64,000 bases of DNA from an uncultured Gammaproteobacteria bacterium (GCA_964523375.1 CAZFYG010000006.1:7349-71348); one strand, 5' to 3'; shown: positions 42,128 through 52,437, numbered from the stretch's first letter. The notes: a model not told the origin generated them from the letters alone. Translations and numbers: made by a program.

Positions 42128-42829
42128 ATGTCTGACAATACATTTGTTCTATTCTCCAACCTTCATTTGTTAACTTTATTAATTGTTACATTGATATGCG
42201 TAATCATTCCTTTAAAAATGAAAAATGCGACACAGCGATCTACTGAAAATATCTCAAAGTTAATAGCATATGTCATTTTGGCTCATGTAGTGTCCTCTCC
42301 TTTCAAGGATCTTTTTTACTTAGAAAACCCTTATGACTGGAGAGAAGTCTTACCTTTTCACATGTGCGATCTTTCTGAAATTTTTGTTGCATGGTTTTTA
42401 CTTGGAGGACCCAAAATTTGTTATAAAATTGCATTTTTTTGGGGAATGGCTGGTGCTACTCTTGCAATGATAACTCCTGATATACAAAAGTTTGATGTTG
42501 AGTATGTTTATTTTTATATAGGCCATGGGATGATAGTTCTAGGAATTCTGTATGCCACCATAACTCTAGGCAATAGGCCATTCTTTAAAGATGTTGGTTT
42601 AGTTTCTTTAATAACTCTTTTTGTCTTGCTTCCTGCTATATGGATAATTAATACTGCTCTAGGCGATCCAGCAAATTATTGGTATCTTGCAAAAAAACCA
42701 GATGGCGAGAGTCTTTTTGATTTATTTCCGGATCCGCCTTTCCATCTATTAATTACAACCCCAATAGCATTAATAATGTTTTACTTACTCTATATTCCAT
42801 TCTATTTTATGGATCGAAGTAAGAAGTGA
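42128..42829 (+). CDS. integral membrane protein (possibly TIGR02206/YwaF-like)
   Basis: 233 aa with about 7 TM helices and the motif LPFHMCD. The family assignment is from memory. Confidence 0.4.
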   Translation: MSDNTFVLFSNLHLLTLLIVTLICVIIPLKMKNATQRSTENISKLIAYVILAHVVSSPFKDLFYLENPYDWREVLPFHMCDLSEIFVAWFLLGGPKICYKIAFFWGMAGATLAMITPDIQKFDVEYVYFYIGHGMIVLGILYATITLGNRPFFKDVGLVSLITLFVLLPAIWIINTALGDPANYWYLAKKPDGESLFDLFPDPPFHLLITTPIALIMFYLLYIPFYFMDRSKK

Positions 42830-42890
42830 TCTCTATACCTATTAATTAAAAATAGATATAAAATAATGATAGGTAACTATTTAAATTATT

Positions 42891-43976
42891 ATGAATGACT
42901 TTATTGTTTTAGTTCAAGATGTTTGGAACTCAGGTTTTCTAGGTATAGGCCTTGGGTCCATAATTTCTTCTTTGCTTGTATTACTTGCAGCATTTCTCTT
43001 TAGAGGGTTTGTTATATCGGTAATATTAAACTCATTAGGTAAGCTTGCTGAGAGTACTGAATCAAATATTGATGATGAAATACTTAATGCGCTTAAAAAG
43101 CCATTGGGATTAGTTCCAATAACAGTGGCTCTTTATATTTGCACTTTGATATTGCCCATTTCTGGAATTGTTGGAGATATAGCTACAAATATAGTTAGGG
43201 CTTTTGTAATATTTACTATATTTAGTGCTCTTTCTAGTGCTGTAAAACCAATATTTGAAGCTTTATCTACAAGCTCTTGGCTTACAGCATCAATGCAAAT
43301 GTGGCTCGAAAGAGCCTCAAGATTCATTGTATGGGTTATAGGTATTGCAATTATTTTAGATATTTTTGGAATTCAAATTGGCCCATTGGTAGCTGGATTG
43401 GGTTTATTTTCAGTTGCAGTAGCATTAGGAGCGCAAGACTTCTTTAAAAATCTAATAGCAGGAATATTGATTATTGGAGAACATAGATTCCAACCTGGAG
43501 ATAGAATTGAGGTAATCGGAGAGCTGCATGGAATAGTTGAAACAATAGGTTTTAGATCTACTGTAATAAGAACATTTGATACAGCTCCAATGGCTATACC
43601 TAACAAAGATCTTTCAGATGTAAAAGTAATTAATCATGGTGAAATGGTAAATAGAAGAATTAACTGGACTATAAATTTAGTTTACTCAACATCTATAGAA
43701 GAATTGGAGAATATTAGATCACACATAAAAGAATATATTTTAAAAAGCAATAATTTTGTTTCGGACCCAGATCTAGATCCAGTAGTTAGAGTTGTAGAGC
43801 TTGGTGCAAGCTCAATAGATGTAAGGATTGTAGCTTATGCCGACCCTGTTGGTTTTGCGGACTTTAATAGAATAAAAGAAGAATTGATATTTAACATTAT
43901 GAAAATTGTAAAAGAAGATGGGTCAGAATTTGCATACCCATCAACCTCTTTATATGTTGAAAGTATGCCTAGCTAA
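42891..43976 (+). CDS. mechanosensitive ion channel, MscS family
   Basis: 361 aa with N-terminal TM helices, the pore helix block GLGLFSVAVALGAQDFFKNLIAG and a beta-domain (GDRIEV...G.VE.IG.RST). Confidence 0.8.
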   Translation: MNDFIVLVQDVWNSGFLGIGLGSIISSLLVLLAAFLFRGFVISVILNSLGKLAESTESNIDDEILNALKKPLGLVPITVALYICTLILPISGIVGDIATNIVRAFVIFTIFSALSSAVKPIFEALSTSSWLTASMQMWLERASRFIVWVIGIAIILDIFGIQIGPLVAGLGLFSVAVALGAQDFFKNLIAGILIIGEHRFQPGDRIEVIGELHGIVETIGFRSTVIRTFDTAPMAIPNKDLSDVKVINHGEMVNRRINWTINLVYSTSIEELENIRSHIKEYILKSNNFVSDPDLDPVVRVVELGASSIDVRIVAYADPVGFADFNRIKEELIFNIMKIVKEDGSEFAYPSTSLYVESMPS

Positions 43977-43984
43977 GAATTATT

Positions 43985-45751
43985 ATGAGTGATCAGTTAA
44001 TTCTCTCTTTTACTCTTGCAGGACTCCTCTTTGCTTTTATATGGGGAAAATTCAGATACGATGCTCTAACAATAGCGGCACTCATGCTACTCATAACCTT
44101 AGGAGTAATTCCTGCTTCAGATGCTTTTTTAGGATTTTCTCATCCAGCAGTTCTAACTGTTGCTCTTGTTCTTGTGATTAGTCAGGGCTTAAAAAACTCT
44201 GGTTTAACCGGCTTGGTTGGAAAAATTATTGGTACAAGAAAGTTTACAGAACTTCAGTTTTTAATTTCATTGTTATTAATAGCAGCATTTCTTTCTTCTT
44301 TTATAAATAATATTGGTGCTTTAGCAATCTTGTTACCCATAACCCTTAACGTGTGTCAAAAAATGGATTGGCACCCATCAAGATTCCTTATGCCTTTAGC
44401 ATTTGCATGCATCTTGGGGGGTATGAATACAACCATTGGTACACCACCCAATATAATAATTTCAGAATATAAGGCTACCATTTCAAGCAGTCCTTTCAGT
44501 TTTTTTGATTATTCATATGTTGGGATGGCTGTAACGCTTTTAGGTATATTTTTTATTACATTTATAGGTCGTAATTTTATTTTATTAAGGGATGATGCAA
44601 ACAATAATGCATCTCTAATTAATCTTAAAGGCTATCTGTTTGAAGTTAAAGTTAATGAAAATAGTAATTCTATTGGCATGACTTTGGCGGCATTTAAAAG
44701 GTTGGCTGGGGAAGATGTTGATGTGATTGGTGTTGTGAATGAATCTGGAGCTGTTAGTAAGGTTAAAAATAATACCAGGGTTAAGGCTAATCAAATTCTT
44801 GTATTAAAAACACCACCCGATGATTTAGCATCCCTTTTAGAAACATTTGATTTCTCAATTCCAGAAGAACTACACTTCTTCAAGGAAGATGATTTAGAGG
44901 AGATAGAAGTCATGATTACTCCAGGATCTAGGTTAATTGGAAGAAAACATGATTTTTTTTATAAAATTGCATATGAAGAATTAAATTTACTTGGTCTTTG
45001 GAGAAAGGGTTCTAAATATAGAACACGACTCACCAGAGAAACTTTTAGAGCAGGTGATGTATTGCTTCTTGGAGTAAAAGACCTTGAAGAGGAGGATGTA
45101 ACCAATAAAATAAAACATCTTGGATTAATGCCCCTTAGACAAAGAGAGCTTCAAACAATACCTAGTAGGAGTAGATTGCTTAAAGGAATGATATTTTTTG
45201 CTATTTCTATTGCCTTAGTAGCATTTAATTATTTAACAACTGCTGCTGCTTTTTTATTATGTGTATTAGCATTCTTGCGTATAAAAATTATTGATGGAAA
45301 CTTCTACAGAGATATAGATTGGCCTATTGTTATAATGCTGGCTGCTATGATACCGATTGGTGGTGCATTACAAACAACTGGCTTGAGCGACTTAATATCA
45401 AATCAAATTTCTCTATATGCAGTTAATTTAAGTCAATTTTGGTTATTGTTTCTTATTTTGGTAGTAACGATGGCGACTACTGACATAATTAATAATGCTG
45501 CAACAGCGGTGATTATGGCTCCAATCTCTGCTGGCATTGCTACTCAATTAGGTTATGACATAGAACCATTTTTGATGGTTGTTGCTGTAGGTGCGAGTTG
45601 TGCATTTTTAACCCCAATTGGACACCAATGTAATACAGTGATTATGGGTCCAGGTAATTATAAATTTACAGACTATTGGAGATTGGGCTTACCTTTAGAC
45701 TTCTTAATAATAACAATCTCAATTCCAATGATTTTATTTGTATGGACCTAG
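43985..45751 (+). CDS. SLC13/DASS-family permease with central TrkA-C domains
   Basis: 588 aa. Two membrane halves flank two RCK-C-like segments (LFEVKVNENSNSIGMTL.., EIEVMITPGSRLIGRK..). Confidence 0.75.
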   Translation: MSDQLILSFTLAGLLFAFIWGKFRYDALTIAALMLLITLGVIPASDAFLGFSHPAVLTVALVLVISQGLKNSGLTGLVGKIIGTRKFTELQFLISLLLIAAFLSSFINNIGALAILLPITLNVCQKMDWHPSRFLMPLAFACILGGMNTTIGTPPNIIISEYKATISSSPFSFFDYSYVGMAVTLLGIFFITFIGRNFILLRDDANNNASLINLKGYLFEVKVNENSNSIGMTLAAFKRLAGEDVDVIGVVNESGAVSKVKNNTRVKANQILVLKTPPDDLASLLETFDFSIPEELHFFKEDDLEEIEVMITPGSRLIGRKHDFFYKIAYEELNLLGLWRKGSKYRTRLTRETFRAGDVLLLGVKDLEEEDVTNKIKHLGLMPLRQRELQTIPSRSRLLKGMIFFAISIALVAFNYLTTAAAFLLCVLAFLRIKIIDGNFYRDIDWPIVIMLAAMIPIGGALQTTGLSDLISNQISLYAVNLSQFWLLFLILVVTMATTDIINNAATAVIMAPISAGIATQLGYDIEPFLMVVAVGASCAFLTPIGHQCNTVIMGPGNYKFTDYWRLGLPLDFLIITISIPMILFVWT

Positions 45752-45918
45752 ACGATAAATATAAAAGACCAAATCAAGTAACTGGAAAGCCCTTTGAAGA
45801 AGGGTTTGTGGATGTTAGCGGCAGGGTGTTTGTAAGATATCTTAATAAACAGGGTAATGATGGTTATTACTTTGAAGAGTGGAAAAAAGACACCAATCTT
45901 TCTATTATTAAAGACTAA
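45742..45918 (+). CDS. small hypothetical protein (58 aa)
   Basis: ATG at 45742 inside the 80-aa ORF-track frame (MDLDDKYKRPNQVTGKPFEEGF..). It fills the only gap between two convergent genes. No family recognised. Confidence 0.25.
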   Translation: MDLDDKYKRPNQVTGKPFEEGFVDVSGRVFVRYLNKQGNDGYYFEEWKKDTNLSIIKD

Positions 45919-45920
45919 TC

Positions 45921-47111
45921 TTAGTTGCTTAGGTTAGCAATTTGGTCGACAAATTTTTCAAAGTTTACAACAAATTCTTTTGACTCACCCTCTTCCTCAG
46001 TTGTAGGAGTTATTACATCTATGCCCTCTTCTACTAACCCAAAGTTTAGTAAAATACGAGCTGTTTTTACTGCTTGCTCAACTCCTAGCCATCTAAAATA
46101 ACCTAAAGGCCCCCATTTTTGAATATCACCATGATCCTTTTGTTGATATTTTGTTATTCTAGTAACAACAATATCATTCTCTCTGTCAATAAAAGTGTAT
46201 TGACCAAATTTACCAGCAGTATGGAATATCTTTGATTTATCATCATGCTTACCAACCCACCAATGCAGTGAATACCCGCTTCTAGGGGAGTCATCTGAAA
46301 ACCCCCACACAACTTGAAAAGTCTCATCGATGAAATCTTTAGATAGTATTTTTTTTCCATTCCAATAACCATCTCTTGCAAATAAAAGCCCGATTTTTGA
46401 ATAGTCTCTTGCCGACATATCAACACAGCAATAAGCAAGAACATTGCCAGTCTCGTCCTTCCACAATTTGTAACTACTTATATTAAGAGGTTTGAGGATT
46501 CTTTCTTTAAGTAAGATATCTGCTTTCTTTCCAGTTGCTGAATAAAGAATATCACCAATAATCATTGAATTAACATTGTTATATTCCCATTTAATACCAG
46601 CATCTTTCTCAACACCCACCTTTCGAGCATAATCCAGATGATCTTTTTGAAAAAACATCCTTTCATGCTCATGCTCTGGAAAATCAAGCCCACTAGACAT
46701 ATTTAGGAGGTCTCTTATGGTGATTTTTGATCTCTCATCGTCGAAATAAGATAGATATTTTTTTACTTTATCATCCAAACTAGCTATCTCTCCTCGATCG
46801 ATTGATACACCTATCAATGCTGCATAGTAGCTTTTGGCCATAGACCATGATGTTCCATGTGATGAAGAGTTATATCCATCTGCATACTTCTCACCAATAA
46901 CTCTACCATTCGAAATCACAACAATTCCCATAGTAGATTTATCTTCATAGGCCAAATCAATTAAGCTATCTATTTTGGTTTGACTAATTCCTTGGTCATT
47001 TGGCAAGGAGGATTCCCAGACATCAGTTGGAAAATAGTTGCTAGAAGTATAACTATTGAAGCTAATAAAAGTTATTAAGGAAAATAAGAATGAGGTAATT
47101 TTTTTTTGCAT
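45921..47111 (-). CDS. beta-lactamase-related serine hydrolase (secreted)
   Basis: 396 aa with a signal peptide, an S-x-x-K motif (SMAK in GTSWSMAKSYY) and the downstream YNNVN region. Confidence 0.7.
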   Translation of the reverse strand: MQKKITSFLFSLITFISFNSYTSSNYFPTDVWESSLPNDQGISQTKIDSLIDLAYEDKSTMGIVVISNGRVIGEKYADGYNSSSHGTSWSMAKSYYAALIGVSIDRGEIASLDDKVKKYLSYFDDERSKITIRDLLNMSSGLDFPEHEHERMFFQKDHLDYARKVGVEKDAGIKWEYNNVNSMIIGDILYSATGKKADILLKERILKPLNISSYKLWKDETGNVLAYCCVDMSARDYSKIGLLFARDGYWNGKKILSKDFIDETFQVVWGFSDDSPRSGYSLHWWVGKHDDKSKIFHTAGKFGQYTFIDRENDIVVTRITKYQQKDHGDIQKWGPLGYFRWLGVEQAVKTARILLNFGLVEEGIDVITPTTEEEGESKEFVVNFEKFVDQIANLSN

Positions 47112-47129
47112 AATTTTTTTTTCTTTAGA

Positions 47130-47672
47130 TTAATACGATACCAATATTTCTAAATGGTAACCATTTTTTTTTATTTTGTTGGAGCCACCTAACTCAGGTA
47201 GGTCAATTACAGATAAAATCAAAATATTATCTCTTGGAACATTAAAGTTCTCGCATATAAGCTCTGCACAAGCTAAAGCCGTTCCACCAGTCGCTACCAA
47301 GTCATCAACTATTACAATTCTTTCTCTTTCAGTGATATTGGTATTTTTCTGAATTTCAATACTTGTACTGCCATACTCAAGTTTGAATTCTTTCTTATAT
47401 GTTTCGTTTGGAAGTTTCCCAGGCTTTCTAGCTAAAACAAAAGGAAGGCTTAGATCTTTAGATATTGGGCCTGCAAATATAAAACCTCTGCTTTCTATGC
47501 TTGCTACCATTGTTGCATTGAACTTTTCAGTAAGATCAATAAATGCATTACATGCCTTAGTTAGGCCTTCAGGACTCTCTATAAGGCTAGTTATATCTCT
47601 AAACTTTATTCCAGGAATAGGAAAGTCATTAACAGTTCTTATATATTGTTTGAGGTTTAATTTATCTTCCAT
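47130..47672 (-). CDS. apt: adenine phosphoribosyltransferase
   Basis: PRPP-binding block IVIVDDLVATGGTA and N-terminal FPIPGIKFRDIT. The ATG at 47672 is preferred over the ORF-track TTG at 47684, which lies 2 nt from the tRNA. Confidence 0.9.
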   Translation of the reverse strand: MEDKLNLKQYIRTVNDFPIPGIKFRDITSLIESPEGLTKACNAFIDLTEKFNATMVASIESRGFIFAGPISKDLSLPFVLARKPGKLPNETYKKEFKLEYGSTSIEIQKNTNITERERIVIVDDLVATGGTALACAELICENFNVPRDNILILSVIDLPELGGSNKIKKNGYHLEILVSY

Positions 47673-47686
47673 GATATTTTCCAAAT

Positions 47687-47763
47687 TGGTGCGTCCAGCT
47701 AGATTCGAACTAGCGACCCCCTGCGTGTCGAGCAGGTACTCTAACCAACTGAGCTATGGACGC
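47687..47763 (-). tRNA. tRNA-Val (anticodon GAC), CCA encoded; C at position 33
   Basis: Hand-folded cloverleaf: acceptor GCGTCCA/TGGACGC, anticodon stem CCTGC/GCAGG, loop TCGACAC. Confidence 0.85.
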
Positions 47764-47874
47764 AAATAAACTTAAAAGGTTAAGCCAAAAAAATTATACA
47801 GAATTTAGAAATATCTTCTACTGAACTTTTTTAAATAGAATTAATTATTATAAATAAATAGCTATTCACAACCT

Positions 47875-49281
47875 CTAATCACCAACAACCATAGAAGATA
47901 GCTTATTTTTTGTTGCTTTGAGTATTTTACAGTCCTCATCACTTATATCTTTCTCAAGCATTTCATCTATTTCTATAATAGATTTAGTAATGGAGCCCCA
48001 CTTTCCATCAGTTGTTGTTCTTTCTTGCAGCAACTCATTATATCTAACATTAATATCTTCAGGCACATCAGGCGCATATTGAGCACATATTATCCTTTCT
48101 GCAAAGATTTTAAATCGATCATCTTCGAAATTTCTTGAGATTTTTATAAGATGATCTTTATTTTCAGTGAGATGAAATTCTTGCATCAGATCTTTATCTC
48201 TTTGTGACGGAAAACCTCCAGAATATATTGATGCCTCAATAAACTCAGGCTCAGGAAAACTCATCATCCTGTCTTCCATTGCCTGCGAGATTTTAGACTG
48301 AAAATCCTTGTCATTTGTAACCTTGTCTGCTCGCTCTTGCAATTCTTGGAAGCTTATATCAAAAATTTCTTTATTTTTAACCAATTGACTTGGGCAAACT
48401 GGAATAGTTTTATTTATTTTATATTTTTTTAAAGGGCCATCTCTGCCTTTAGCTTGAATTAATTTACTTATTTCAGAGTAATCTAAGTCAAGAATATCTT
48501 CAGGATCATAGCTAAGATCAAAAAGAACAATTTCATTAGGCCTAGATGGGTCTGAGCCACAAAATACAACAGGATATTGAAATGTATGCCTTCTGTGAAT
48601 CTCACCTAGCGCTAAAAATGAATCAGAATATAAAAGTTCTTTAATACCTTGTTTAGTCGATGTGTTTACAAATGATTGGAAAACATCTGGGAGCTTATCT
48701 TTAATAATTTCACATAAACTAATCATTAAATTACAGTCTGCTATAGCATCATGAGCATCTTCAGCATTTATTTGGTGCTCTTTTGCTAAATGTTCTAGTT
48801 TATATGATATCCCAGGGCCACCATCAAACAAGGGCATAGATATTTCTTTAGAAAAGAAAGATGCGATATTGTGAATCATGAGCATCAGATCTAATCTGCC
48901 ATTACCATTTGTATTTGTTGTATAGGGTTCTAACAAGTTTAACCAGAACTGTCTTCTTACCAACTCCTCATCAAAGGCATGCCCATTATAAGAAACAAAA
49001 ATAGACGGCTTGGCAGACGACCATTGCTTCCATTTTCTTTGAAGGTCTACCATCATTTGGTAGTGAGATATATTAGAATTTAAAAGTTCAATTTTTTTGT
49101 TAGTGAGCATTGCCCTTGGTGCGGGTATAGTCCAAGGTAAAGGTGCACAACCAATATTTTGCTCTTCAAGCCTATTAAGTTCTATATCAGCAAGAACAGA
49201 TCCACATTGAATGATTTGGCTAAAATCTTTTTGAATACCTGTTGTTTCGGTATCATAAAAGACAAGGTTGAAGTTAGAGAT
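47875..49281 (-). CDS. sbcB: exodeoxyribonuclease I; start codon uncertain (candidate ATC at 49281)
   Basis: The ORF-track ORF (47875..49110) aligns by eye to E. coli SbcB from about residue 60 (YNGHAFDEELVRRQFWLNLLEPY, HDAIADCNLMISL). The same frame stays open upstream to 49290 and encodes the ExoI motif FYDTETTG, but has no ATG/GTG/TTG. Confidence 0.8.
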   Translation of the reverse strand: MSNFNLVFYDTETTGIQKDFSQIIQCGSVLADIELNRLEEQNIGCAPLPWTIPAPRAMLTNKKIELLNSNISHYQMMVDLQRKWKQWSSAKPSIFVSYNGHAFDEELVRRQFWLNLLEPYTTNTNGNGRLDLMLMIHNIASFFSKEISMPLFDGGPGISYKLEHLAKEHQINAEDAHDAIADCNLMISLCEIIKDKLPDVFQSFVNTSTKQGIKELLYSDSFLALGEIHRRHTFQYPVVFCGSDPSRPNEIVLFDLSYDPEDILDLDYSEISKLIQAKGRDGPLKKYKINKTIPVCPSQLVKNKEIFDISFQELQERADKVTNDKDFQSKISQAMEDRMMSFPEPEFIEASIYSGGFPSQRDKDLMQEFHLTENKDHLIKISRNFEDDRFKIFAERIICAQYAPDVPEDINVRYNELLQERTTTDGKWGSITKSIIEIDEMLEKDISDEDCKILKATKNKLSSMVVGD

Positions 49282-49283
49282 TT

Positions 49284-50531
49284 CTAGCTCCTAGACACAT
49301 AAGAAGATTCAACCTTACCTTGCTCGTTTAATTTATATTTTCCTAACTCTTGACGTGCTACAGCTCTTCTATGGACTTCATCAGGACCATCTGCAAGCCT
49401 TAGAGTTCTCATGTGAGCATACATGTTTGCAAGAGGGTAAACCTGTGAAACACCAGCGCCTCCATGAATCTGTATGGCTCTATCAATTACATCACAGCAA
49501 ACATTTGGAGCAACTACTTTAATTTGAGCAATTTCACTTGCTGCAACTTTATTGCCCACTGTATCCATCATGTGAGCTGCTCTCAATGTTAAGAGTCTTG
49601 CCTGATCTATTTCAATTCTAGAATTAGCAATAATATCCATGTTGCCACCAAGTTGGATAATTGGCTTGCCAAAGGCAACTCTTTCCATACCTTTTTCACA
49701 CATCATTTTAAGAGCTCTCTCCGCAAGTCCAATTGCTCTCATACAATGATGAATTCTTCCAGGCCCTAATCTTCCCTGTGCAATTTCAAAACCTCTACCT
49801 TCACCAAGCAAAAGATTTTCTTTTGGTACTCTAACATTTGTAAATTTAATATGGGCATGACCATGTGGCGCATCATCATATCCAAAAACATGCATCATTT
49901 TCTTTATCTCAATGCCTTCTGCATTCATAGGTACTAAAATCTGTGATTGTCTTTGATGTCTGTGGTTATCGGGATTAGTAACACACATGAATATAATAAT
50001 TTCACATCGCGGATCACCAGCACCAGATGTCCACCATTTTTCTCCGTTGATGACATACTCGTCCCCGTCAAGAACTGCTGAAGATGCTATATTAGTTGCA
50101 TCTGATGAAGCTACACCAGGTTCAGTCATGCCAAAGGCAGATCTAATTTCACCATTGAGTAATGGTTTGAGATATTTTTCTTTGTGCTCATCATTACCAT
50201 ATCTCTCAAGAACTTCCATATTGCCAGTATCTGGCGCAGAACAATTAAAAACTTCAGAGGATATTCCGTAAGCTCCCATAGCTTCTGCAAGGTGGGCATA
50301 TTCATAATTAGTTAAGCCAGCACCATTCTCACTTTCAGGCAAAAATAGATTCCACAGGCCAGCGGTTTTTGCTTTGGCTTTCATTTCTTCCATAATAGGA
50401 GGTACTAACCATTTGCCATTCGCATCTTTGGATTGCTCGTGATATAAATTTTCGTTATGCGCTATCTCTTCATCAATAAAGTCTCTAACTCTTTTAATTA
50501 AATCTACTGCTTGTGGTCTAAGTTCAATCAT
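49284..50531 (-). CDS. acyl-CoA dehydrogenase family protein
   Basis: 415 aa with [15 protein letters not shown] and a C-terminal QIHGGAG...ADGPDEVH block. Confidence 0.9.
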   Translation of the reverse strand: MIELRPQAVDLIKRVRDFIDEEIAHNENLYHEQSKDANGKWLVPPIMEEMKAKAKTAGLWNLFLPESENGAGLTNYEYAHLAEAMGAYGISSEVFNCSAPDTGNMEVLERYGNDEHKEKYLKPLLNGEIRSAFGMTEPGVASSDATNIASSAVLDGDEYVINGEKWWTSGAGDPRCEIIIFMCVTNPDNHRHQRQSQILVPMNAEGIEIKKMMHVFGYDDAPHGHAHIKFTNVRVPKENLLLGEGRGFEIAQGRLGPGRIHHCMRAIGLAERALKMMCEKGMERVAFGKPIIQLGGNMDIIANSRIEIDQARLLTLRAAHMMDTVGNKVAASEIAQIKVVAPNVCCDVIDRAIQIHGGAGVSQVYPLANMYAHMRTLRLADGPDEVHRRAVARQELGKYKLNEQGKVESSYVSRS

Positions 50532-50620
50532 GTGGCTCCCCTGCTACTATATTGATTAGTTTGATTGCGTTATAAGCCCTATGAATAGTTACTTTTAACG
50601 GTTATTATATTATGTATACA

Positions 50621-50639
50621 TTAACTGAAAAGCAGTAAA
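50621..50639. promoter_or_regulatory. imperfect dyad, possible LysR-type (T-N11-A) operator
   Basis: TTaACTG-N5-CAGTaAA in the 136-nt divergent spacer between the acyl-CoA dehydrogenase and LysR genes. Confidence 0.2.
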
Positions 50640-50667
50640 AATCAACACAACCCATGCATAATTAAAT

Positions 50668-51576
50668 ATGAAAATTAGTTCTTTTGACTTAAATCTTTTT
50701 GTAATTCTTAATTCTATTTACACTGAAGGGAGTCTAACAAAGGCTGCTGAAGTTGTTGGCATAACTCAGCCTGCTGTAAGTAATGCTCTATCAAGGTTAA
50801 GGGAAAAATTTGATGATGAACTTTTTGTTCGAACTGGTTCCGGCATGGTTCCAACACAAAAAACTGAAAATATAATTCTTGATATACAAAGCGCATTATC
50901 ATTAATGCAAAAAAGTGTAAATGAACCAGACTCTTTCGACCCAAAAGTTACTGAGCGTAATTTTAAATTATCTCTTGGAGATATTACAGAGGGTCGAGTT
51001 TTACCTTTTATGATGAAAGAGATATACAAAAATGCTCCAAATATTTCTGTTGGTAGTTACAATTACAGGCGAGTAGATCAAGTTCACGCTTTAGCAACAA
51101 ATAACTTAGATTTTGTTGTTGATCCAGTAATTCCAGATTCGGATGAAATAAACTCTTATAAAGTTTTTCAAGATCATTTTGTTGTAATTCATAGAGAAGG
51201 CCATCCAATTGATCAAATTAATAACTTAACAGTCGATGATCTTCTTGCTCAAAAATTTATAAATGTTTCTAATCGAAGAAAAGGCTTGCATATGATTGAT
51301 TTAGAGTTAGAAAAAATTGGCCATAGAAGAGAAATTGCCCTAAGGTGTCAGCATTTCTTGATAGCCCCTGATATTATTAGAGAGACAGATGCAGTTCTGC
51401 TAGCAACTCATAGTTTTGCTAGAAAAAACAGTTTGCCCTTTGTAGAGATACCTGCAGAACTACCCCAAATGGAGTATTTTCTATCATGGCATAAAAATGA
51501 TGAAGGTGATGGCGGGCATGAATGGATGAAAAAACTAATAATCGATGCCTTTGTCGACGTTCAAAAACAAGACTAG
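50668..51576 (+). CDS. LysR-family transcriptional regulator
   Basis: N-terminal wHTH (LNLFVILNSIYTEGSLTKAAEVVGITQPAVSNALSRLRE) plus an effector domain. It is divergent from the acyl-CoA dehydrogenase. Confidence 0.9.
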   Translation: MKISSFDLNLFVILNSIYTEGSLTKAAEVVGITQPAVSNALSRLREKFDDELFVRTGSGMVPTQKTENIILDIQSALSLMQKSVNEPDSFDPKVTERNFKLSLGDITEGRVLPFMMKEIYKNAPNISVGSYNYRRVDQVHALATNNLDFVVDPVIPDSDEINSYKVFQDHFVVIHREGHPIDQINNLTVDDLLAQKFINVSNRRKGLHMIDLELEKIGHRREIALRCQHFLIAPDIIRETDAVLLATHSFARKNSLPFVEIPAELPQMEYFLSWHKNDEGDGGHEWMKKLIIDAFVDVQKQD

Positions 51577-52370
51577 CCCAAATTATGACCGGATGTTTTA
51601 ACTATACCTCCATCACTGGTGATAGTTTCACCTACAGTATAAGCCCCAGCTCTTGAACAAAGAAAAATAACTAACCCAGCTATGTCTTCGGGAGTTCCAA
51701 CTCTTTTACGTGGGTTTCTAACTGCTATTTCTGAGTAATCATGAGCAACAGCTGCTCCAAGCATATTGCTTGGATAAGGTCCAGGAGCAATAGCATTCAC
51801 AAGAATATTTTCACCAACTAATCTTTTTGCTAAATGTCTTGTTAAGTGGTGGACAGCTGCTTTGGATGTTGAGTATGAAAATGTTTCAAACATTGGGATA
51901 TTTAGACCATCTATTGAGCCTATATTGATGACTCTAGATGGATCATCTAACGAAGCATTTGAAGCTAAAAGTGGCTTCATTTTTTGAGTTAAGAAAAATA
52001 AACTTTTAACATTTAAGTCCATTACCTTATCCCAGCCAGTTTCCGAGAAAGTATCAAATGGCTCTGCCCATGCTGCACCAGCATTGTTAATAAGAAAATC
52101 AATGCTATCTTCTCTTTCCTTGATTTGATTTGTAAAACTTTCAACTCCTTCCATTGAGCTCAGATCACAGCCAAGAGCAATACATTCACCATTATATAAT
52201 TCTGAAAGCTCTTCAGCTTTTGCTATAAGAGGTCCAACTTTTCTTGCTGTAATGTAAACTTTTACTCCGTTTGCTAATAGACCAGCTGTAATCATCTCAC
52301 CGATACCTCTTGATCCTCCAGTTACAACAGCAGTCTTGCCAGCTACATTAAAAAGATCGTTGATTTTCAT
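51573..52370 (-). CDS. short-chain dehydrogenase/reductase (SDR)
   Basis: TGGSRGIG, NNAG and catalytic YSTSK. Confidence 0.9.
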   Translation of the reverse strand: MKINDLFNVAGKTAVVTGGSRGIGEMITAGLLANGVKVYITARKVGPLIAKAEELSELYNGECIALGCDLSSMEGVESFTNQIKEREDSIDFLINNAGAAWAEPFDTFSETGWDKVMDLNVKSLFFLTQKMKPLLASNASLDDPSRVINIGSIDGLNIPMFETFSYSTSKAAVHHLTRHLAKRLVGENILVNAIAPGPYPSNMLGAAVAHDYSEIAVRNPRKRVGTPEDIAGLVIFLCSRAGAYTVGETITSDGGIVKTSGHNLG

Positions 52371-52437
52371 ATTGCCTCTTAGTTAAATTTTCAAAGAACT
52401 CAATATATATAAACAATTAAGTGTTGTAAAATACATT

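Noticed and set aside
47793-47800. Extended -10 (TGnTATAAT) promoter upstream of tRNA-Val(GAC).
   Set aside because: A TATAAT is present, but the TG is directly adjacent rather than spaced by one nt, and no reasonable -35 exists. This is too weak to call.
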